This document shows, one piece after another, positions 18,309 to 26,179 of a stretch of 64,000 bases of DNA; position 1 is the first letter of the stretch, and each line of letters opens with the position of its first letter. The notes under the pieces are model-generated. The model saw nothing but the letters and a program-made list of their open reading frames with translations. It was not told the origin of the DNA and ran no database searches. Origin of the DNA: a virus (lineage: Duplodnaviria; Caudoviricetes); IMG/VR virus record IMGVR_UViG_3300031673_000001, one strand, 5' to 3'. A program made the translations under genes and the position numbers.

Positions 18309-18666
18309 AGAAGAAAAAATTAAAAAGATTAATTTGCTATATGAAAAAGAAAGAGACTATCAGCTATGTGTATTTGGAGAATATGAAAATGTAGAATCTT
18401 TAAATTTAGCTAGTTTTCTAGTTCTAATTGAGAGATATTTACAAAAAGCAAAAAAGAGTTATGCAGGACCTTGGTCAAACAAATTGCCCCCTTGGTTAAA
18501 CACATGCCAAGAATATTATAACCAAGGCACAGCTCCAATAGAAACTTATGAAGAACTTGTTAAAATATTTGCTTTAACAGGAGCAGCGTTAGAAACTTAT
18601 GCTGATTTTAATTTATCAGAATGGCGAGAAAACATCACGGAAGACTCAAAAAAATGGAAGGAGTAA
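18301..18666 (+). CDS. Hypothetical protein, possibly MazG-like all-alpha NTP pyrophosphatase fold
   Basis: ER.YQ..VFG ... EELVKIFALTGAALE loosely resembles MazG-like phage proteins. Confidence 0.4.
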   Translation: MDREEKIKKINLLYEKERDYQLCVFGEYENVESLNLASFLVLIERYLQKAKKSYAGPWSNKLPPWLNTCQEYYNQGTAPIETYEELVKIFALTGAALETYADFNLSEWRENITEDSKKWKE

Positions 18667-18674
18667 ATTGAACA

Positions 18675-19478
18675 ATGAATGACAATTTAAATCAACTAAT
18701 TCAGGAAACACCAGCGGATGAAACTATGAAATTTGATGTAAACAATCTTGAACTTCCAGCAGAGGAACCCATTGAAGAAAATTCTGCTGAAGAAGAAGAA
18801 GTATCTGATACTGGAGAACAAGAATCTGAAAATGTCGAAACATCTCCAGTAGAACAAGCAACTAATCAAATTCCAATTATATCTTTTGGTGATTGGTTTC
18901 GAACCTACAGAACAAATTTTCCTGCCATTCATCAAAGTCAAATTGGAATTACAGGAGTTGATCCAAATGACTATTTAATGGTATCAATTGATAATTCCGA
19001 TGGAGAAGAACTATCACCAGGTGTTATAAAAAGATGGTTAAGATTATTTGATGATGCTATGATTCAACCAGTTCTTAATCTAGAACCATCAGATATAAAA
19101 ATTTATAAAAGCACTTTCAAAGTTATCTATCCTCTGGATGAACAGACATTTATTAAAATGTATGCAATCAGAACTGGAATAATATCTGTATTCTGTCATG
19201 GATTAGATGGTGGTCTTGTGCCATATTCAATAGTTATTTCAAAGAAGAAAGCTGAATTTGTAGAAATACAAACTCACGATATTGAACTTTATAGAGCACA
19301 ATTATCACAACCAGTCAACATGGAAACATTTCATCTATTATATAAACAAAGTCTAAAAGCTGATAACTTTACTACAAAGGGACAAGCAATCAATTGGTTG
19401 TTAGCTAGACAAGATAATATTACAGACATCAATCATCATCTTGCGATTGATAAAGTTATAATGACCTTGTTGAGTTAA
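18675..19478 (+). CDS. Hypothetical protein with acidic N-terminal tail
   Basis: 267-aa ORF, Glu-rich first 60 aa, GGAG SD. Confidence 0.7.
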   Translation: MNDNLNQLIQETPADETMKFDVNNLELPAEEPIEENSAEEEEVSDTGEQESENVETSPVEQATNQIPIISFGDWFRTYRTNFPAIHQSQIGITGVDPNDYLMVSIDNSDGEELSPGVIKRWLRLFDDAMIQPVLNLEPSDIKIYKSTFKVIYPLDEQTFIKMYAIRTGIISVFCHGLDGGLVPYSIVISKKKAEFVEIQTHDIELYRAQLSQPVNMETFHLLYKQSLKADNFTTKGQAINWLLARQDNITDINHHLAIDKVIMTLLS

Positions 19479-19485
19479 CTTCCTT

Positions 19486-19538
19486 ACTCGGATGAGAGTT
19501 TAAATTACCCCCCTGATTTTGCTCTCATCCGAGTTTTC
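19486..19538 (+). terminator. Intrinsic terminator-like hairpin, 13-bp stem with 23-nt loop
   Basis: ACTCGGATGAGAG (19486-19498) pairs with CTCTCATCCGAGT (19522-19534), followed by TTT. Confidence 0.65.
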
Positions 19539-19549
19539 AAGGAGCTTGT

Positions 19550-20278
19550 ATGAAAATAAATTTAAACTTAGACTTAATTATAAAAGAGGTTTATATTTAT
19601 GATATTCAATCATGCCATTATACACTTATGAAAATGAATGGATATGATTTAGAAGATATAGATCCAAATGATAAATTAGCTAGAAATATTGCAATTGGAA
19701 AAATGATGCAAAAAAATCCAAGACTTACAGAATTTTTAAGAGCAACAACAATATCATTAATTGATGAATATATAACAGCAAATGAAATTGAGGAAGATGA
19801 TATTGTAATTAGACAATATGATGGTTTATTGCTTACTAAACTTCTACACAAAAATAACATACAGGAGATTCCTTTAAATCTAAGAAAAACTTTTGACGTA
19901 TTTATTTCATCCATAAAAAGAGATATGTATATTGCAATTGATACAATGAAACAACCTTCAATTAAAGGAGTTCCTTTTAGATATCCCCATATGGATCAAA
20001 TTTATAAAAGAATATGTCAGTTAAATTTTTTTAATAAACCAGAATTATTTAAAGGATTGGAAAAAATAAAAAGATTGATTCTTGATTCAAATGATATAAA
20101 TTTATTTGTTATTCCTATAAAAAGCAATAAATTAAGCATTTTTATGTTACGATATGGAGAAATGGAAATATCACCAGGAACAGTAAAGTTAATTGATACA
20201 GATGAAATTGATAAACGTAGATATTTTGATATCTATATATCACCATTTACAAAAAGTATCGTTTCACAATATGCCTAG
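19550..20278 (+). CDS. Conserved-type large-phage protein, possible DNA polymerase palm-like domain
   Basis: YIYDIQSCH (motif A-like), R...IG.M, RQYDGL (motif C-like); only 242 aa. Confidence 0.4.
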   Translation: MKINLNLDLIIKEVYIYDIQSCHYTLMKMNGYDLEDIDPNDKLARNIAIGKMMQKNPRLTEFLRATTISLIDEYITANEIEEDDIVIRQYDGLLLTKLLHKNNIQEIPLNLRKTFDVFISSIKRDMYIAIDTMKQPSIKGVPFRYPHMDQIYKRICQLNFFNKPELFKGLEKIKRLILDSNDINLFVIPIKSNKLSIFMLRYGEMEISPGTVKLIDTDEIDKRRYFDIYISPFTKSIVSQYA

Positions 20279-20286
20279 GAGGTTAT

Positions 20287-20928
20287 ATGAAATTTATGAA
20301 GTTATTGAATATTGCAGCGGGTAAAATGCCATATCTTCCAGACATTGTTGGAGATTCAAAATCTTTATTCGTTGTTAACCTAGATACAATGTATTATAAT
20401 CATACTTTAACAGAAACTATCGAACAAACATATCATCAAATAAATGATATCCAGATATATGATGAGACAAGTAATATTAACGCATATAATCAAAATAGAG
20501 TATTCTACTGTAAAGAGGATGTATTTCAGTTTCTAGAAAGAACTCAAATGGAATTTGACGTAGTTACCATTTATAGATTTCTTGAGCATGTTTCCTTTAC
20601 ACAGATTTTATATTTTATATATCTAGTTTCAGGGGTTGTTCATAAAGGTGGAATTGTTGACGTTATTGTTCCAAATTATAAAATCCTGGCAAGCATGTTG
20701 ATTCAAGAACATCCGAAAAGTAAATCTTTTGAACAAGATAACATCTTATTAACAACAGAATTATTAAATGAACCATCATGCCCACATGTTTCGATATGGA
20801 CTCCTGAAAGAGCTAAATATTTTTGGGAATTAGAAAAAAGATTTTTCGTTGCATCTGCTAATACCAAATCTAGATTTGAATATGATGGAAGAGATATATA
20901 CCTTAGATTTCAAGCGGAGAGAATATGA
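20287..20928 (+). CDS. Class I SAM-dependent methyltransferase-like protein
   Basis: LLNIAAG motif I, VVNLD, FDVV...FLEHV, GG.VDV.VP. Confidence 0.72.
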   Translation: MKFMKLLNIAAGKMPYLPDIVGDSKSLFVVNLDTMYYNHTLTETIEQTYHQINDIQIYDETSNINAYNQNRVFYCKEDVFQFLERTQMEFDVVTIYRFLEHVSFTQILYFIYLVSGVVHKGGIVDVIVPNYKILASMLIQEHPKSKSFEQDNILLTTELLNEPSCPHVSIWTPERAKYFWELEKRFFVASANTKSRFEYDGRDIYLRFQAERI

Positions 20929-21236
20929 AACATTCTCATAATTTAATTGCTAACAGAAATGATACTTTACGTATGAATATGTATATGTCAGATTATGTTA
21001 TTGCATTAACAAGAACTCGTGAAAAACCAAATGAAAGATTTGTTAAAGTGTTAAAAAATAGAAACTCAGGAAAAACAGGAAGAGCAGATCCTCAATTAAC
21101 AATTGATCTCTGCTGTCATATGATTACTATGTCTATTTTTGGAGACACTTCAATGAAGCTATTTCGAGTAGAATTAGAAGAACTAATAAAAGAAACAATA
21201 ATAAAAAAGTTAGGAGACGCTCATGACCCCTTTTAG
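20925..21236 (+). CDS. Small protein resembling the C-terminal end of a DnaB/gp41-type helicase
   Basis: SDYVIAL.R ... VKVLKNRNSGKTG resembles the helicase arginine-finger motif; no Walker A/B. Confidence 0.4.
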   Translation: MKHSHNLIANRNDTLRMNMYMSDYVIALTRTREKPNERFVKVLKNRNSGKTGRADPQLTIDLCCHMITMSIFGDTSMKLFRVELEELIKETIIKKLGDAHDPF

Positions 21237-22152
21237 CGAAAGAGCACAGACGATGGGACTTGATGTTTCATGCGCCCATAAAGGTTTATTCTCATATGAA
21301 GATCGATATTCTAAAATAGCATATAGATCATTAATTTCTGCAGAAGTTTATTCAGAGGATGAATATCAAAGACATCCAACCGATGGACTACCATCTCCTA
21401 TCATTGGAATATGGACAGCAGCTCCAGATAACGATGAGTATGTATATGCTGGATATGTTTCACAAATGTATAAATTTGTTGGAAATGCATCGTTAACTGA
21501 TAGAGTTCGAGAATCATTATTAGGAATTGGAAGTCCTGTATTAACTATTAATACTTTTACTGATGCTTATCTAACTTCCATGAGAGAAGAAATTATTTTA
21601 CAAAGTAGTTTAAGTTCACAGCAGATTGGAGATATCCATCCTGTTATGATTATTGGAAATAGTTATAATGGTGAAAGATCAGCTTCTGTTGGTTTTGGTA
21701 TTGCTGTTGATGGAGGAGAAACTATCGGAAATACTGTATTTTGTTTCTCATTAGGTGAGATGAAGATGATTCATGTTGAAAGTTCAAATACAACATTAAC
21801 ATCGGGAATCAATCAGTATCTTGAAGTATTTAATAACAATATAGTTGAGATGATAGATACAACTTTTCAGACACAACTAACACAAGAACAAATGTTTGCT
21901 ACTCTAGATATTATTGAAAAATATGGAAAAAGAAGAGTGGCCAAGATAACTGATATATTAACAACTCTGCAACCAGCGCCAGTAGAAGGTCAACCCCCAC
22001 CATTACCAAGTGCATGGAATGTCTTTTTAGCTATTACAAGATACTGTGCCCTTGAACCAAATTTAAATATAAAAAGATTACTGGAAAATATTGCAGAAAG
22101 TGTGCTAATCGTTCCAACCAGAATGTTTGAAGTATTGGATAAACTACAATGA
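21223..22152 (+). CDS. DUF932-like phage protein
   Basis: VSQMYKFVGN, IIGNSYNGERS, C...H pattern similar to DUF932/DUF945. Confidence 0.5.
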   Translation: MTPFSERAQTMGLDVSCAHKGLFSYEDRYSKIAYRSLISAEVYSEDEYQRHPTDGLPSPIIGIWTAAPDNDEYVYAGYVSQMYKFVGNASLTDRVRESLLGIGSPVLTINTFTDAYLTSMREEIILQSSLSSQQIGDIHPVMIIGNSYNGERSASVGFGIAVDGGETIGNTVFCFSLGEMKMIHVESSNTTLTSGINQYLEVFNNNIVEMIDTTFQTQLTQEQMFATLDIIEKYGKRRVAKITDILTTLQPAPVEGQPPPLPSAWNVFLAITRYCALEPNLNIKRLLENIAESVLIVPTRMFEVLDKLQ

Positions 22153-22247
22153 TTATAAAAATATTATTTGTAATAGGTTATATGCTATTTTGTTGCATTT
22201 GTTTAATAATAGCAAATCATGGAAATCCAAAATTAGATATAGAATAA
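22149..22247 (+). CDS. 32-aa single-TM membrane peptide not in the ORF track
   Basis: MIIKILFVIGYMLFCCICLIIANHGNPKLDIE*; ATGA overlap with the previous stop. Confidence 0.5.
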   Translation: MIIKILFVIGYMLFCCICLIIANHGNPKLDIE

Positions 22248-22259
22248 GTTATATCATTT

Positions 22260-22332
22260 AGGCGGGGAATAAGGATGTATGCTTCGGACCTTTAAGGGAC
22301 AAGCGAGTGCCATTATTCCCCGTCTTTTTTTT
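22260..22332 (+). terminator. Intrinsic terminator ending the left operon (13-bp stem, 40-nt structured loop, U8)
   Basis: AGGCGGGGAATAA pairs with TTATTCCCCGTCT (one G-U), followed by a T run. Confidence 0.8.
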
Positions 22333-22345
22333 GGAACAAAATATA
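22331..22345 (+). promoter_or_regulatory. Putative late promoter motif (TTGGAACAAAATATA)
   Basis: Variant of the WAGAACAAAATA motif recurring upstream of structural genes; 19 nt before ATG 22365. Confidence 0.55.
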
Positions 22346-22364
22346 AAAGAAGGGGTGTCTGTCT

Positions 22365-23600
22365 ATGGCAACAAGATTTTGGTCACCGTCAAGAACATAT
22401 GAGTTTGAAGTAAAAGTGGTAGATAGAGATCTCACTCCCGATTTATATAAATTGACCATTTTAACTTCAATAGATTTCCCATATCAAACATTTGTATTAG
22501 AATTCTTACTTGATCCAGATGATTTGGTACTTGAGAAAATATATGGTCAACAAGAAATTAAACTAACAGCAAAGTTAATGGCAACAGCTCCTGATCTTGT
22601 AAATGATCAAATTGATTTTACTCTAATGTACTTATCAGGAAATATACCATTACACATAAAAAATACAATACAAAATCAAACTGAAGTTAAAAAAGTACCA
22701 ATTGTAATAACCACAGTTTCTCGAAAATCATTTATTACAATGTCAACTTATGTTAATGACGTATTTGAGAATACTACTATTGAATCAGTTATTTCAAATT
22801 TAGTCTCTAAAGCAAAAGGTGAATTAAAACAGGATATTGTTGGAAAAAATATTGAAAAAATAGATCAAATTATTATTCCTCCCACAACTCTTTATCAAGC
22901 ATTAAAATATTTAAATAAAACTTTTGGTGTATTCAATGGGTGGATGGCATTATGGTGTTTATATGATAATAAAGTTTATATAAAAAATTTAACATCAAAA
23001 ATGAAATCATCCTACTTATTTTCAATATATCAGTTCGCATCTAATGTTGATAATAATGAACTTACAACAGTATTGGATGAAATTGTTTATTATACAAAAT
23101 ATGATATTAAAACTTCATATAATGGTAATGCCAAATTTGCTGTTTTTGCTCCAACTATGAAACACATTGTTAAACCAAAAGATAAATTAAGTGAAACATT
23201 AACAATTCATCTAGAAAATTTTTGCAAAACATACGGTTTGATATCCCAAAAGAATAAAATCTTTTTAGATAATTTAGCTATGACTAAATCTAACAGGCAA
23301 AGAGTTTATAAAGATCATACAGGATATGAGAAAAATCAGTCTTTTATTAATTCCAATATGGCAGAAGAAATTGGAGATCTCGCGCAGATTGAAGTTAAAC
23401 TAGAACGTTTTTTAAAAATAAAAAATCTTATGAATGTTGGTGAAGCAGTAAAATTTATCTCAAAAATTGATGATTATAAAGATTTAACTGGACTTTATAT
23501 TCTTAGGTCATCCGAGTTAAACTTTATTAAGGCAAAAGATTGGGAATCTTCTGCAAATTTAAAGTTAATGAGAACAAATAGAATCATAGCAAAAGGTTAA
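22365..23600 (+). CDS. Probable baseplate hub / tail protein (gp27/GpD-like)
   Basis: IIIPPTTLYQALKYL and C-terminal VGEAV.F......LTGLYIL pattern; first gene of the morphogenesis block. Confidence 0.5.
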   Translation: MATRFWSPSRTYEFEVKVVDRDLTPDLYKLTILTSIDFPYQTFVLEFLLDPDDLVLEKIYGQQEIKLTAKLMATAPDLVNDQIDFTLMYLSGNIPLHIKNTIQNQTEVKKVPIVITTVSRKSFITMSTYVNDVFENTTIESVISNLVSKAKGELKQDIVGKNIEKIDQIIIPPTTLYQALKYLNKTFGVFNGWMALWCLYDNKVYIKNLTSKMKSSYLFSIYQFASNVDNNELTTVLDEIVYYTKYDIKTSYNGNAKFAVFAPTMKHIVKPKDKLSETLTIHLENFCKTYGLISQKNKIFLDNLAMTKSNRQRVYKDHTGYEKNQSFINSNMAEEIGDLAQIEVKLERFLKIKNLMNVGEAVKFISKIDDYKDLTGLYILRSSELNFIKAKDWESSANLKLMRTNRIIAKG

Positions 23601-23605
23601 AAACA

Positions 23606-23616
23606 TAGAACAAACA
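23606..23616 (+). promoter_or_regulatory. Putative late promoter motif (TAGAACAAACA)
   Basis: Motif variant in the short intergenic gap before the terminase gene. Confidence 0.45.
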
Positions 23617-23630
23617 CCAAAAGGAGTTAT

Positions 23631-25280
23631 ATGTCTGTTCACATTTCAAAGTTAGCTCAAAAATATGTAGAAGAGTTTATTAAATGTAAAGCATCATTTG
23701 ATTACTACTGTAGAAACTACGTTCTAATTGAGCTACCAGGTAGAGATGAAAAATTAATTCCTTATAGAAAACAAACTGAATTAATTGATTTAATTGAAAG
23801 TCAACATTATGTTCTTGTATTAAAGAGTAGGCAGATTGGAATCTCAACAATTATTCAAGCATATTCTTCTTGGTTAACCATATTTTTTGATAATGTTGTA
23901 ATAGGAATTATTTCAAAAGATGGAAAAGAAGCAACCGATTTTGCTAGAGCTGTTAGAGGAATTATAGAAAAACTTCCAGATTGGATGAAACCATTAAAGG
24001 GTATTTTAGGGAGAGGATTTGCAAAAAGAACTGAACAATCATTTATTTTAACAAATGGTAGTAAAGTTTTTGCTTCACCAGTAAATCCAAATGCTCCAGA
24101 AAAGACACTTCGTGGAAAAGCAATTACATTTTTAGTTATCGACGAAGCAGCATTTGTTCATTATGTTGATACTGCTTGGACTTCTATGGTACCAGCTCTT
24201 TCAACAAATCAGATGCAAGCTCGTAAAGCTAATATTCCATTTGGAACAATTGTTTTATCAACCCCAAATAAAACCATCGGTGTTGGGCAATGGTATTTTG
24301 AAAGATATTTAAAATCAATATCTGGAGATGATATATTCAAACCATTCGTTATTCATTGGAAAATGATTCCTGAACTTGCTGAAGATACTGAATGGTATAG
24401 TATGCAATGTAGATTATTCGATTATGATAAAAAGAAAATAGCTCAAGAGTTAGAATTAAAATTTCTGCCAGCAGAAGGATCATTTTTTGAAGCTGATACA
24501 GTTGAAAAAATGCAAGACAGCTCTATGGTTCCATTACAAAAAATTAAGTTATATAATGGAGAAATATGGCAATTTTCGCCATCAATACCTGGAACAACTT
24601 ATATTATAGGAGTTGATACAGCACCAGAACATGGTACAGATAAATCAGCTATCACAGTTTGGGACTATACAACATTAGAACAGGTATGGGAGTATCAAGG
24701 TAAATGTAAGGTATTAGATTTTGTAAATGTTGTCAAGGTAGCTGCTACAACATATAAAAATTCTGTTATAGTTGTAGAATCAAACTCATATGGAAATCAA
24801 GTTGTAGAACATTTAAATGCAAGCGAATATTCTACACAATTGTATAAAGAGAAACGTGGAAAGAATACTTTAGTTCCAGGTCTATCAACCAATTCTAAAA
24901 CGAGACCATTGATGATTGATGCACTATATTCTTATATGACTCAATATCCAGAATCTGTAAAATCAGAAAGATTAGCACTAGAGTTAACAGGACTTGTTTC
25001 TAAATCTAGTGGAAAGGTTGAAGCTGATACCGGGTGTACTGATGATATAGCATTATCAGCAGCTTTATGCTTTTATGTTAGAAAATACGATCCACCTCTA
25101 GCATTACAAATGAACTTGATAGATGGTTCAATGATAACAAATGATTTAAAAGATGTTCTCGGTTATAACGTTGGTCTTTCTGATGTTGAATTTACTGATC
25201 AAAGCATTATGAGATATGTTAAAAATAAACCAGAAGAAAATTTAGGGTATATAGATACAATAAGTTTCTTCAAGGGATGA
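23631..25280 (+). CDS. terL: Terminase large subunit (T4 gp17-like)
   Basis: Q motif PYRKQ, Walker A LKSRQIGIST, Walker B VIDEAAF, STPN coupling motif, nuclease GVDTA / VESN / DDIALS. Confidence 0.96.
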   Translation: MSVHISKLAQKYVEEFIKCKASFDYYCRNYVLIELPGRDEKLIPYRKQTELIDLIESQHYVLVLKSRQIGISTIIQAYSSWLTIFFDNVVIGIISKDGKEATDFARAVRGIIEKLPDWMKPLKGILGRGFAKRTEQSFILTNGSKVFASPVNPNAPEKTLRGKAITFLVIDEAAFVHYVDTAWTSMVPALSTNQMQARKANIPFGTIVLSTPNKTIGVGQWYFERYLKSISGDDIFKPFVIHWKMIPELAEDTEWYSMQCRLFDYDKKKIAQELELKFLPAEGSFFEADTVEKMQDSSMVPLQKIKLYNGEIWQFSPSIPGTTYIIGVDTAPEHGTDKSAITVWDYTTLEQVWEYQGKCKVLDFVNVVKVAATTYKNSVIVVESNSYGNQVVEHLNASEYSTQLYKEKRGKNTLVPGLSTNSKTRPLMIDALYSYMTQYPESVKSERLALELTGLVSKSSGKVEADTGCTDDIALSAALCFYVRKYDPPLALQMNLIDGSMITNDLKDVLGYNVGLSDVEFTDQSIMRYVKNKPEENLGYIDTISFFKG

Positions 25281-25283
25281 AAA

Positions 25284-26168
25284 ATGACTAAAAATATATA
25301 TGAACTATTTGCACCTCCTGTTGGACTTAAATTAGTTAATACCATTGATGGAATGGAATTATATTCATCATCAAAATTAATGAAGAATTTTTTATTAGCT
25401 TTTGAAAAGTCCAGTAGAGGAAGTGATAAGGTTAAAATAATTGATAAATTATTAAGCAAAGGATTGATAGTTCCTTGCTTTAAATCAAAAGGAATTTTTC
25501 CTTTTCTAAAATATAAATTATTTGGAAATGAAGATTCCAAATCAATCCTTGGAATGTATCATCTAGAAACAAAAAGAGTTTATATTATAATTGATAATAG
25601 TTCAACAATCTTTGGAACATCCTCTAATGACGAGTTAGTATCTACAACTCTACATGAAGCAATGCATTTAGCAGCAGGAAGAAATATGAAAACATTCTTA
25701 AAAATTATGATGCCGACATTAAGAAACTTTTATTCAGAGGCATTTAGTAAAATTTTTTCTTTAAAATCTGTTCCTAATATTGATAAAATTATATATCATT
25801 TAGCATTGTATGAGTCATCAAGAAATCTAAATATCAATAAACAATTAACTGAATACTATCACTTACTTTATGATACATTTAAAGATTCAACAAATCTAAA
25901 TGAAAACGATCTTAGATTACAACTACAAAATTATATTGTATCTATGAAAATATTCTTTGTAAGTTTCACATCATTTGTAAGATCATATAGAAAATGGCAA
26001 AGTATATTCATTGAATTAAATCATGCATATGAAAAAACATTTGGAAAGCGAAATACTTATACATCACCATTCCAAGAATTAGTTTCTGTTTCAGAAGTAG
26101 CTTGTGTTATGGCAGAAATGAAATCACAGGATCCAAGAGTAAACTCAATATTGAAGATGTTGAAATAG
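25284..26168 (+). CDS. Zincin-like (HExxH) putative metallopeptidase
   Basis: TTLHEAMHL motif preceded by ILGMYH..TKRVYIII; downstream ELVSVSE could supply the third ligand. Confidence 0.6.
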   Translation: MTKNIYELFAPPVGLKLVNTIDGMELYSSSKLMKNFLLAFEKSSRGSDKVKIIDKLLSKGLIVPCFKSKGIFPFLKYKLFGNEDSKSILGMYHLETKRVYIIIDNSSTIFGTSSNDELVSTTLHEAMHLAAGRNMKTFLKIMMPTLRNFYSEAFSKIFSLKSVPNIDKIIYHLALYESSRNLNINKQLTEYYHLLYDTFKDSTNLNENDLRLQLQNYIVSMKIFFVSFTSFVRSYRKWQSIFIELNHAYEKTFGKRNTYTSPFQELVSVSEVACVMAEMKSQDPRVNSILKMLK

Positions 26169-26179
26169 GAGATTAAAAT

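Noticed and set aside
19499-19521. C-rich terminator loop (TACCCCCCT) as a target of the G-rich SD-like segment in the ncRNA unit
   Set aside because: Complementarity is only about 6-7 nt of low complexity, too weak to support.
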